Of a DNA stretch of 64,000 nt, positions 53,430 through 62,159 are shown piece after piece. The stretch comes from an uncultured Actinomycetes bacterium (lineage in GTDB: Bacteria > Actinomycetota > Acidimicrobiia > IMCC26256 > DASPTH01): positions 143,460-207,459 of the forward strand of contig CAVWLR010000002.1 in the NCBI GenBank assembly GCA_963755855.1. Direction: 5' to 3'. The stretch's first letter is position 1; every line of letters begins with the position of its first letter. A model generated the notes under the pieces. It ran no database searches. It had not been told where the DNA came from and was given only the letters and a program-made list of their open reading frames with translations. A program made the position numbers and the translations under genes.

Positions 53430-53823
53430 AGCCAGGGACGCGCGCGGCGATCGCGTCGTCGATCTTCGCGTGCAGCGACGGAACCTCGCCTGCGAGCTTG
53501 GCGAAGTCGGCGCCGAACATCGCCAACAGGGTCGTCGGCTCGGTCGTCGTGACGGTGGCGGTGCGACGGCGGGTCTTGAAGATCGCCGCCTCACCGAAGA
53601 AGTCCCCCGGCCCGAACTCGGCCAACGTCTCTCCGTCGCGGGTCACGGTGGCCGCGCCCGACTCGATCACGAAGAAGAAGTAGCCGGCGCCGCCTTCGTG
53701 CGCCAGGTGCTCTCCGGCCTCGGCGTGCCGTACCTCGAACCGGTCGGCCGCTTTCGATCGCTGGTCGTCGGTGAGATCGGCGAAGAGCGGGATGTCGGTG
53801 AGTCGGGTGGCGTCGACGGCCAT
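53428..53823 (-). CDS. Stand-alone cyclic nucleotide-binding domain protein
   Basis: IPLFADL, FFVIESG, GDFFGE and RRTATV; GGAGG RBS. Confidence 0.9.
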   Translation of the reverse strand: MAVDATRLTDIPLFADLTDDQRSKAADRFEVRHAEAGEHLAHEGGAGYFFFVIESGAATVTRDGETLAEFGPGDFFGEAAIFKTRRRTATVTTTEPTTLLAMFGADFAKLAGEVPSLHAKIDDAIAARVPG

Positions 53824-53889
53824 GGTGCGGGCACCTCCTGTGCGCGGGCGTGCGGGATGCTACGACCAACGCTCCGGGCGATCGCCCGC

Positions 53890-53911
53890 GTTCACCGGAA
53901 GTTCACCGCCT
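53890..53911 (+). promoter_or_regulatory. Perfect tandem PHO box upstream of the cNMP-binding gene
   Basis: GTTCACCGGAA GTTCACCGCCT (11-nt spacing), oriented opposite to the gene. Confidence 0.7.
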
Positions 53912-53935
53912 GGTTGCCGGCTCGTCCCCGGGTGC

Positions 53936-54394
53936 TCAGCCGACCTTGGCCAGCGCGTCCTCGTACTCCGACTTGGCGCGCGGGGTCCCGAGGTCGGGGG
54001 AGGAGAAGGTGGAGCTGACCACGCCTTCCTTGTCGAGGACGAACGTGGCGCGGTTGGCGCACCCGAGCGCGTCGTTGAACACGCCGTACTCCTTCGCCAC
54101 CGCACCGTGAGGCCAGAAGTCGCTCAGCACGGGGAACGTGAAGCCCTGCTCCTCGGCCCAGATGCGTTGCGAGTGGCGGGAGTCGCACGAGATCGCGAGC
54201 ACCTGAGCGCCACCGCGTTCGAAGGCCGACGGGTCGTCGCGGATCTCGCAGAGCTCACCCTGGCAGGTGCCGGTGAAGGTGAACGGATAGAAGACGATCA
54301 CCACCGGCTTGCCGCGCAGCTCGGAGAGCGTGACGTCGTTGCCGTGCTGGTCCTTCAGGGTGAAGTCGGGCGCGGTGTCGCCGACTGCAGGCAT
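53936..54394 (-). CDS. Peroxiredoxin, AhpE-like
   Basis: FYPFTFTGTCQGELC and LSDFWPHGAVAKEYG. Confidence 0.9.
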   Translation of the reverse strand: MPAVGDTAPDFTLKDQHGNDVTLSELRGKPVVIVFYPFTFTGTCQGELCEIRDDPSAFERGGAQVLAISCDSRHSQRIWAEEQGFTFPVLSDFWPHGAVAKEYGVFNDALGCANRATFVLDKEGVVSSTFSSPDLGTPRAKSEYEDALAKVG

Positions 54395-54430
54395 GGGGGT
54401 CTCCTGTGGGTGAGGGAACGGGCGCGGACG

Positions 54431-55213
54431 CTACCGAGCGACGTCGAGGCCCAGCGCGTCGGTGATCGCGTCGGCGGCGCCGCGCGCCGGACCGCGCACG
54501 ATGCTCATCAACGGGGTGACCGACACGTAGCCGTCCTTCACGAACGCGACGTCGGTGCCGGGCGCGGAGTCGGCCCGTCCGGTGATCTCGATCTTGAGGT
54601 CGCCCTGCGACACGTCGGCCGACGCCACCCAGACCTCACCCGCGGGTGCGAGCTCGGCTTCGACCACGCCCTTGATCTCGGCGAGCGGCACGTTGGGCAC
54701 GTTGATGTTGAGGACGCGAGCGTCGCCGTCGGGCTTCGCCACCCACTCGACCGCCGACGCCGCCATCCGGGCCGCGACGTCCCAGTGGTACTCGCGCTCG
54801 ACGCTCCAGTCGATCGACACCGCCACGCCGGGGATGTTGTAGCCGGCGCCGGTGAGCGTCGCCCCCACGGTGCCCGAGTGCAGCACGAGGTGGCCGGTGT
54901 TGGCGCCCGGGTTGATGCCCGAGGCGATGACGTCGGGGAGGTCGCCGAACGCGCCGAGACACGTGGCGAACACGGCCATCGCCGGCGGCGCGTCGATCGC
55001 GTGCACCGGGAGGTCGGGGAGCTCGTCCCACACCCGTTGCTCGACGGGCGGGGGGCCGGCACCGATCATGCGGCCGATCGACGCACCCGCGCCGCTGCGG
55101 TCGTCGGTGGGTGCGACCACGAACACGTCGTGGCCGTCGGCGACGAGCGCACCGGCGAGCGCGTGGATCCCGGGGGAGTCGACGCCGTCGTCGTTGGTCA
55201 CGAGGATGCGCAT
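54431..55213 (-). CDS. surE: 5'/3'-nucleotidase SurE
   Basis: MRILVTNDDG, SGAG, SGINPGAN, SGTVGA and VSVTPL. Confidence 0.95.
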   Translation of the reverse strand: MRILVTNDDGVDSPGIHALAGALVADGHDVFVVAPTDDRSGAGASIGRMIGAGPPPVEQRVWDELPDLPVHAIDAPPAMAVFATCLGAFGDLPDVIASGINPGANTGHLVLHSGTVGATLTGAGYNIPGVAVSIDWSVEREYHWDVAARMAASAVEWVAKPDGDARVLNINVPNVPLAEIKGVVEAELAPAGEVWVASADVSQGDLKIEITGRADSAPGTDVAFVKDGYVSVTPLMSIVRGPARGAADAITDALGLDVAR

Positions 55214-55264
55214 GAGCCCACCGTACCTGCGGGTTCGCGGGGTTCCGCCGTCCGCCGACCGACG

Positions 55265-55297
55265 ACGAGGTGAACGGGCGGTGAACCTCGGGTGCGC
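55265..55297 (-). promoter_or_regulatory. PHO box upstream of surE
   Basis: Minus strand GCGCACCCGAG GTTCACCGCCC GTTCACCTCGT; TACGGT -10 lies 6 nt before the surE ATG. Confidence 0.75.
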
Positions 55298-55334
55298 CGC
55301 GGTCCGGTCCGGTCTGGACGGGGAGAGGGTCCGT

Positions 55335-55796
55335 TCAGACCTTCGGCGGCGGCACGTACCTGGCCCGCCGGACCTGTTCGTCCTCGATGTCGAACACCCA
55401 GATGGAGCCCTTCTCCATGCGGTGGTCGCGCAGCTTCACGCCGTGACGCCCGAAGTGGTCGAGCAGGTCCTGCATGACGTCGCCGTGGGTGCAGAGCACC
55501 GCCTCACGATCCTGCACCTTCTCGAACAACCGGAGCGCCTGCGACAGGCGGGCACCCTCGGCGAGCGCGTCGCTGGTCTCGACGTGGGTGCCGAGCTTCT
55601 CGGCCAGCGGTTCGACGGTGTCGACACAGCGGACGTAGGGGCTGCTCACGATGAGGTCGACCGGTTCGTGCGCGAGCCGCTTGGCGATGCCGTCGGCCTG
55701 CGTGCGCCCGACCTTGGAGAGCGGACGCAACGAGTCGTCACCCTTCCAACGGCTGCGGGATCCGGCGCGCGCGTGGCGCACGAGGTGGATGGTCAC
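55335..55796 (-). CDS. Histidine phosphatase (SixA / MutT1 C-terminal-like)
   Basis: LVRHARAG, RPL, SSPYVRC and CTHGD. Confidence 0.9.
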   Translation of the reverse strand: MTIHLVRHARAGSRSRWKGDDSLRPLSKVGRTQADGIAKRLAHEPVDLIVSSPYVRCVDTVEPLAEKLGTHVETSDALAEGARLSQALRLFEKVQDREAVLCTHGDVMQDLLDHFGRHGVKLRDHRMEKGSIWVFDIEDEQVRRARYVPPPKV

Positions 55797-56221
55797 GAGG
55801 GAACCGGTGCCTTGGCCAGCAGCTTGCGGTCGTGGGAGTAGCTGAGTCGATCGGCGGCCTCGGGGACCGTGCACCAGTGCACGGCGTCGACCTCGTCGTT
55901 GGGGACGAACGCGTCGTCGGATGCGGCCGCTGCGACCGAGTCCGGGCGCATCAGCCAGTAGTGCACGACCTTGTCCCGACCCTTCGAGTCGCGGTAGCGG
56001 GTCCGTCCCGCCGGCGCACCGAGCGTGCAACGGAGGCCCGTCTCCTCCTCGACCTCGCGCAGCGCGGTCTCTTCGTCGCTCTCGCCCTCGTCGGCCTTCC
56101 CCTTGGGGAGGCTCCAGTCGTCGTAGCGGGGCCGGTGCACCAGGAGCACCTGCCACCCGCCCTCGGGAGAGGGCCGGAGCACGATCCCACCCGCCGCCCT
56201 GATGGTGGTGCCCGAGCTCAC
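55793..56221 (-). CDS. NUDIX hydrolase (MutT1 N-terminal-like)
   Basis: HRPRYDDWSLPKGK and Nudix box G.....ALREVEEETG. Confidence 0.9.
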   Translation of the reverse strand: MSSGTTIRAAGGIVLRPSPEGGWQVLLVHRPRYDDWSLPKGKADEGESDEETALREVEEETGLRCTLGAPAGRTRYRDSKGRDKVVHYWLMRPDSVAAAASDDAFVPNDEVDAVHWCTVPEAADRLSYSHDRKLLAKAPVPS

Positions 56222-57726
56222 ATCCACCGCCTGAGCGCCTTGCGTCGGGCACCCTTCCATGCGGCGGGCCACGCCTCGCGTGACGCCTGCGCGGCGGCGG
56301 CCTCGACCACCGCGAGCTCCCCGGCCACGAACGCGGCCTCGCCGTCGTGGGGCGGTGCGTGCTCGCGGAGCCACTCACCGGCGACCACGGCGTCCTGGTG
56401 CTCGCCGAGCACCTCCTGGAGCTCGGCGACCGCCTTGGCGAAGCGCTTCGGCCCCTTGCCCACCGCGGGGACCACGGCTTCGGCGGCGTAGCGGGCCCGC
56501 TTGGCCCGGATGCGCACCTGGTGCAGCTCGGGATCGGGCGGGTCGTCGCCGAGCTCGTGCACCGCGTCGCGCAGCTTCTTCCACGGCTTCACCGCGAGGT
56601 CGCTCACGTCGAGGTCGAAGTCGTCGCCCTCGGGTGAGGCGGGCACCGCGCGCGACGCGAGCAGCAAGCGTTCGATCAGGGCGAAGTAGCGCTCCGAGCG
56701 CATGGCCTCGAGCAGCTCCTCGCGCGCGCCCGAGCGCTTGGCGCGGAGGATGTCGAGCACACGCTCGCCGGCGGCGCGGTCGCGGCCCACGAGCGCGCCG
56801 ACGCGCCCTTCGAGCCGTGCGAGCAGGACGTCGGCGTCGCGCACCTCGCCCAGCATGGCGCCCAGCCACTTGAGCTCGGCCCGGAGCGACTCGTCCCACG
56901 CGGGGTCGAGCACCCGCCGGAACGTGCGCAGGTCGGATCGCATCCGGCGCGTCGCGACGCGAGCCTGGTGCACGTCCTCGTCGTCGCCCCCGCGTCGCAC
57001 GCCGGGGTCGTGCGCGAGCAGCCGTGCCGTCGACCGTGCGATCGCCGCCCGCAGCACCTCGGAGGGGGTCGACGCGAAGTCGAGCTTCGGGGGCGCCACG
57101 AGGTCGGGGGCGTCGAGCGCGCGGGCTCCGAGCGCCCGCGCGATCTTCGACAGGTGCTCGGGCCGACCGGCGCCGCCGTCGTGCAGCAGGTCGGCGACGC
57201 GCCCGACCACCTTCGCCGACACGTCGTCGGCGAACTCCACCTCGATCTCGCGGAACTCGGTGTCGGGGCAGATGCCGTCGTGCACGGTCACGGTGTCGTC
57301 GACCGCTTCGGCGACGAGCGTGCCCTCGGCGTCGCGCAGCACCGTGGTGTGGCGCACCGTGTCGACGTGCGCGGCGAGGTGCAACGGTTCGTCGCGGATC
57401 AGGGCGTGCACGAGGTCGACGGCCTCGGTCGGCGGATCGCCCGCCGGTCCGTCGACGTGCAGCTCCGTGCGCACGAGCGCGACGTCCGACGTGCCGGCGA
57501 GCTTGACCGTCCAGCCGTCCTCGCGGTGGCGGAGGCTCGCGCCCGAGCGCGCCAGGCGAAGATCGGTGGTGTCGAAGTAGGTCGCGTGCAGGCGCTTGGT
57601 CGTCGTCGCGTCGGCGGTGAGCTCACCGCCGAGGTCGGTGCTCAGACGGGCGAGGACGGCGGCGAGGTCGAAGTCGCCGGCAGGCAGGAACTTGAGCTCG
57701 CGCTCTTCGTGGGACTGTCGGGCCAC
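56218..57726 (-). CDS. CYTH plus CHAD domain protein
   Basis: ERELKF, YFDT, LRHR, EIEVE; then VHQARVATRRMR, RDADV, HQVRIRAKRARY and LGEHQD. Confidence 0.9.
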   Translation of the reverse strand: MARQSHEERELKFLPAGDFDLAAVLARLSTDLGGELTADATTTKRLHATYFDTTDLRLARSGASLRHREDGWTVKLAGTSDVALVRTELHVDGPAGDPPTEAVDLVHALIRDEPLHLAAHVDTVRHTTVLRDAEGTLVAEAVDDTVTVHDGICPDTEFREIEVEFADDVSAKVVGRVADLLHDGGAGRPEHLSKIARALGARALDAPDLVAPPKLDFASTPSEVLRAAIARSTARLLAHDPGVRRGGDDEDVHQARVATRRMRSDLRTFRRVLDPAWDESLRAELKWLGAMLGEVRDADVLLARLEGRVGALVGRDRAAGERVLDILRAKRSGAREELLEAMRSERYFALIERLLLASRAVPASPEGDDFDLDVSDLAVKPWKKLRDAVHELGDDPPDPELHQVRIRAKRARYAAEAVVPAVGKGPKRFAKAVAELQEVLGEHQDAVVAGEWLREHAPPHDGEAAFVAGELAVVEAAAAQASREAWPAAWKGARRKALRRWM

Positions 57727-57736
57727 GTCGTGCCGG

Positions 57737-59836
57737 TCAGGAGGCGTGGGCCCGGGCAATGGCCTGGTCCTGGAGCTCACGATGGGTGGAGACGTCGACC
57801 GTGGTCGGGATCTTGCGCCAGGTGCCGTCGGCCTCGAGCTCCCAGGCCAGCACGTCGTCGGTGAGGTCGAGCTCGAGCATCTCGGCGAGCCGGGCGCGCA
57901 GCCGCGGGTCGGTGACCGGTGTGAGCGCCTCGACACGGTGGTCGAGGTTACGGGGCATGAGGTCGGCCGACCCGATGAGACACTCGGCGGTTTCGGGCTC
58001 CCGTCCGAAGCGGTACACCCGGGAGTGCTCGAGGAACCGACCGATGAGCGAACGCACGCGGATGTTGTCGGACAACCCCGGCACCTGTGGGCGCAGGCAG
58101 CAGATCCCACGGACGATGAGGTCGATGCGCGTGCCGCGCTGCGACGCGTCGTAGAGCGCGTCGATGAGCGCCGGATCGACCAGGCTGTTCATCTTCAGGG
58201 TGATGCGGCCCGCCTCGCCCAGGTCGGCCTGCTGCTCGATGCGATCGGCGATGGCGCGGCGGAGGTGGACCGGAGCGACCAGGAGCTTCCGGTACGTGCC
58301 CTGGTGGCTGTAGCCGGTGAGGTGGTTGAACAGGTCGGTGAGGTCGGCACCGAGCTCGGGGTCGGCCGTGAGGAGCCCGACGTCTTCGTAGAGGTCGGCG
58401 GTCTTGGGGTTGTAGTTGCCGGTGCCGATGTGGCAGTAGCGGCGGATGCCGTCGGTCTCCTGGCGCACCACCAGGAGCACCTTGGCGTGCGTCTTCAACC
58501 CGACCAGGCCGTAGACGACGTGCACGCCGGCCTCTTCCAACGCGCGTGCGCGGGCGATGTTGGCCTGCTCGTCGAAGCGCGCCTTCAGCTCGACGAGCGC
58601 CACCACCTGCTTGCCCGATTCGGCCGCCTTCACCAGCGAGCTGACCAGCGAGCTCTCGGCGCCGGCGGTGCGGTAGATGGTCTGCTTGATCGCGAGCACC
58701 TGGGGATCGGACGCCGCCTGCTCGACGAACTGCTCGACCGACGTGGAGAACGAGTCGTAGGGGTGGTGCACGAGCACGTCGCTGCTGCGCAGGAGCCGGA
58801 AGAAGTCGGGCGCGGGGTCGGTGCCCTGCAGTACGACAGGGGTCTGCGGGACCCAGGCCTCGTCCTTGAGCTCGGGACGTTCGAGCGCGTAGATCGACCA
58901 CAGCCCGCCGAGATCGAGCGGGCCGTCGATCACGTTGACGTCGGAGTCGGAGAGCTCGAGCTCACGGCAGAGCAGCTCGAGGACCTCGCTCGTCATCTTG
59001 GCGTCGACCTCGAGCCGCACGACGCGACCGAACTTGCTGCGCCGCCGCAGCACCGACTCGATCGCCTCGAGGAGGTCCTCGGCTTCGTCCTCGAGCTCGA
59101 AGTCGGCGTCGCGGGTCACGCGGAACGGGTGGTGCGCGAGCACCTCCATGCCGGGGAAGAGGGCATCGAGCTTGGCTGCGATGACCTGCTCGAGCAGCAC
59201 GAAGCGCTCGCCGTCGGGCAGCGGCACGAAGCGCGGCAGCGGCGGTGGCACCTTCACCCGCGCGAACCGCTCGTCGCCGCTCGTCGGGTCGCGCACGGTG
59301 ACCGCGAGGTTGAGCGACAGGTTGGAGATGTAGGGGAACGGGTGCGCGGGGTCGACCGCCAGTGGCGTGAGCACCGGGAAGATCGAGTCGGCGAAGAAGG
59401 CCTCGAGGTGGGCGCGGTCGTCGCCGCCGAGGTCGTCCCAGTCGACGAAGCGGATGCCGGCGGCGTCGAGCGCAGGGATGACCTCGTTGGCGAACACCGC
59501 CGCCGACCGGGCGACGAGACCGTCGACCTGGTTGCGGATCGAGCGGAGCTGGCCGACGAGGTCGAGGCCGTCGGCGGTGGTCGTGCGGAGCCCGGCGTCG
59601 AGCTGCTCCATGAGCCCCGAGACCCGCACCTCGAAGAACTCGTCGAGGTTCGAGCTGAAGATGGCCAGGAACTTGGCGCGCTCGAGCAGCGGCAGGCGAT
59701 CGTCCTCGGCGAGGGCGAGGACGCGGGCGTTGAAGTCGAGCCACGACAGCTCGCGGTTCAGGAAGCGCTCCGAGGCGTCGGCGAACGGCGGGTGCACGTG
59801 CGCGGGGTGCGCGGAAGCAGTCTCCAGGCCAGCCAC
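57737..59836 (-). CDS. ppk1: Polyphosphate kinase 1
   Basis: NRELSWLDFN, HHPYDSF, KTHAK, GTGNYN and FLEHSR. Confidence 0.97.
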   Translation of the reverse strand: MAGLETASAHPAHVHPPFADASERFLNRELSWLDFNARVLALAEDDRLPLLERAKFLAIFSSNLDEFFEVRVSGLMEQLDAGLRTTTADGLDLVGQLRSIRNQVDGLVARSAAVFANEVIPALDAAGIRFVDWDDLGGDDRAHLEAFFADSIFPVLTPLAVDPAHPFPYISNLSLNLAVTVRDPTSGDERFARVKVPPPLPRFVPLPDGERFVLLEQVIAAKLDALFPGMEVLAHHPFRVTRDADFELEDEAEDLLEAIESVLRRRSKFGRVVRLEVDAKMTSEVLELLCRELELSDSDVNVIDGPLDLGGLWSIYALERPELKDEAWVPQTPVVLQGTDPAPDFFRLLRSSDVLVHHPYDSFSTSVEQFVEQAASDPQVLAIKQTIYRTAGAESSLVSSLVKAAESGKQVVALVELKARFDEQANIARARALEEAGVHVVYGLVGLKTHAKVLLVVRQETDGIRRYCHIGTGNYNPKTADLYEDVGLLTADPELGADLTDLFNHLTGYSHQGTYRKLLVAPVHLRRAIADRIEQQADLGEAGRITLKMNSLVDPALIDALYDASQRGTRIDLIVRGICCLRPQVPGLSDNIRVRSLIGRFLEHSRVYRFGREPETAECLIGSADLMPRNLDHRVEALTPVTDPRLRARLAEMLELDLTDDVLAWELEADGTWRKIPTTVDVSTHRELQDQAIARAHAS

Positions 59837-59928
59837 CTCGCAAGGTTACTCCCCGGATCGATGTGCCGAATCGGACCGACACGCGGCCCGGGATCCCGCG
59901 AGGTGACGGGTATCGTCCCCACAGGGAC

Positions 59929-61305
59929 ATGAGCACTGACCCCCGGTTCGCCGAACCCACGCCGTTCGCCCGGCTCGTCTACGCGCAGGCCGCCGGTGCA
60001 TGTGGTGACGCGTGCATCCTCGTGTCGATGGCGGGGTCCATCTTCTTCTCGAGCCCCACCAGCGCCGCGCGCGGCAAGGTGCTGCTGTTCCTCCTGATCA
60101 CGATGACGCCGTTCATGCTCATCGCCCCGGTGCTGGGTCCGGCGCTCGACCGCATGAAAGGAGGTCGGCGCCTCTTCCTGATCGCGTCGGCGGGGGGCCG
60201 CGCGCTGCTGTGCGTGTTCCTCGCGATGTACATCAGCAAGTCGGCGCCGGAGGGCCTGCTCGTCTACCCGCTCGCGTTCAGCGTCCTCGTCCTCCAGAAG
60301 GGGAGCGCGATCGCCAAGAGCGCGCTCGTCCCCGCGCTGGTGAAGGACGAAGCCGAGCTGGTCACCGCCAACTCGCGCCTGGCGCTCATCAACGCGATCG
60401 GCGCAGCCGTCGGTGCCGCGCCCGCGGTCGTGGTGTACCAGCTCTTCGGCGCGGACTGGTCGCTGCGCTACGGCGCTGTCGTGTTCGTCGTCGCGACGAT
60501 CCTCGCCATCCAGATCCCGCGTACGAAGGTGAGAGTGCCCGCCGACGCGCAGGAGCAGCGACTCGAACGCGAGGAGATGCACACTCCGAGCATCCTGCTC
60601 GGGTCGAGTGCGTTCGCAGTGCTGCGCGCCAGCGTGGGCTTCCTCGTGTTCTTCGCCGCGTTCTCGCTCAAGGGCGACCTCTTCGCGTTGGGCGCCGCCG
60701 GCGCTGCCGCGTACGCGGGGAACTTCGGGGGCGTGATCGTCGCCCCCGTGCTGCGCCGCTCGATGCGCGAGGAGGTGATCCTCGCGTCGTCGCTGGTGCT
60801 GCCCGCCGTGTTCACGCTGCTCGGCGCGTTCTTCGCGGGCGCGATCGGCTTCGTGCTCGCTGCGCTCACCATCGGCATCGGTGCCGCCGCCGGCCGGCTC
60901 GGGTTCGACAGCCTCCTGCAGCGCGACGGCCCCGATGCCGCCCGGGGACGTGCGTTCGCCAAGTTCGAGACCCGGTTCCAGCTCGTGTGGGTGCTCGGCG
61001 GCGTGTTGGCGATCATCCCGTTCGCCAAGCAGATGGGGCTGTTCCTCCTCGCGGTGGTGCTGGCGTTCGCGGCGGTGTCGTACGTCGCCGCGCTCCGCGC
61101 GGCACGCGGCCGCACGATGCGCACGAAGCTGCTCCCGGAGCGGGTCGACCGCACGATCGCCCAGACGCGCGACCACGCCGTCGACCGCGTGAAGCGTCGT
61201 TTTCGCAAGCCGGCACGCGAGTCGCGGGAGTCGCGCTCGGCGAGGCGCGCCCCGACCAACGACCCGCCCACGCCGGCACCGCCTGAGACCGAATCCCAGA
61301 CCTGA
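59929..61305 (+). CDS. MFS transporter
   Basis: About 12 TM segments; GPALDR and RGRAFAKFET. Confidence 0.8.
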   Translation: MSTDPRFAEPTPFARLVYAQAAGACGDACILVSMAGSIFFSSPTSAARGKVLLFLLITMTPFMLIAPVLGPALDRMKGGRRLFLIASAGGRALLCVFLAMYISKSAPEGLLVYPLAFSVLVLQKGSAIAKSALVPALVKDEAELVTANSRLALINAIGAAVGAAPAVVVYQLFGADWSLRYGAVVFVVATILAIQIPRTKVRVPADAQEQRLEREEMHTPSILLGSSAFAVLRASVGFLVFFAAFSLKGDLFALGAAGAAAYAGNFGGVIVAPVLRRSMREEVILASSLVLPAVFTLLGAFFAGAIGFVLAALTIGIGAAAGRLGFDSLLQRDGPDAARGRAFAKFETRFQLVWVLGGVLAIIPFAKQMGLFLLAVVLAFAAVSYVAALRAARGRTMRTKLLPERVDRTIAQTRDHAVDRVKRRFRKPARESRESRSARRAPTNDPPTPAPPETESQT

Positions 61306-61316
61306 ACCTCCGGGGA

Positions 61317-62054
61317 CTACTGACCCCAGCCGCTCGACGCGCCCTGCACCATCCCGAACGGACCGACCGGCCAACGGAAGCAGTCGACCATCAGCGCGTC
61401 GACCTGCTCGCGCGTGGCGATGCCCTCGTCGATGCAGGCGTTCGCCTCTTTGATCATCCGCATGTACACGCGGTTGGCGACGAAGCCCCACGTGCCGTCG
61501 GGTGAGTCGTGGATGACGACCGGGTTCTTGCCGCACGCGGTCGCGAGCTCGACGATCGTCTGCACCGTCGCGTCGCTGGTGTCGGGGCCGCGCACGATCT
61601 CGGCCAGCCGCATCACCGCGGGCGGTGACGCCCAGTGCCACCCGATCACGAGCTCGGGGCGCTTCGTGACCTCGGCGATCTGCCCGATGGGGAACCCCGA
61701 CGTGTTCGACGCCAGGATCGTTCCCGCGGGGGCGGCGGCGTCGAGGTCGCGGAAGACCTGCTGCTTGAGCTCGAGCTTCTCGGGGACGGCTTCGACGACG
61801 ACGTCGACGTTCGCGGCCTCCTCGAACGACGCGGTGAACGAGAGGCGGGCCCGTGCGGCGTCGGCCTCCTCGCGCGTGAGCTTGCCGCGCTCCACGCCAC
61901 GCTCGAACCCGTAGCGACCGGTGGTCACGTGCTCCGCCCCGCTCGCCAGCGCGGCGGCGTCGACGTCGTAACAGACCGTCTCGTGTCCTGCCGTGGCGGT
62001 GATCTGCGCGATCCCCGCGCCCATCACGCCTGCTCCGAGAACTCCGACCTTCAT
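61317..62054 (-). CDS. 3-hydroxyacyl-CoA dehydrogenase family protein
   Basis: GAGVMGAGIA, EAVPEKLELK, SNTS and GFVANR. Confidence 0.9.
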   Translation of the reverse strand: MKVGVLGAGVMGAGIAQITATAGHETVCYDVDAAALASGAEHVTTGRYGFERGVERGKLTREEADAARARLSFTASFEEAANVDVVVEAVPEKLELKQQVFRDLDAAAPAGTILASNTSGFPIGQIAEVTKRPELVIGWHWASPPAVMRLAEIVRGPDTSDATVQTIVELATACGKNPVVIHDSPDGTWGFVANRVYMRMIKEANACIDEGIATREQVDALMVDCFRWPVGPFGMVQGASSGWGQ

Positions 62055-62159
62055 CCGATCCTCTTCCGCCGTTCCGCCGTTGCCGTGTCCAGTGTCCCGT
62101 GGTGTGCGGAGGACGGAGGTCCTCGGGCACCGAGACGGGCACTGGGATGGAGTGCGGCG

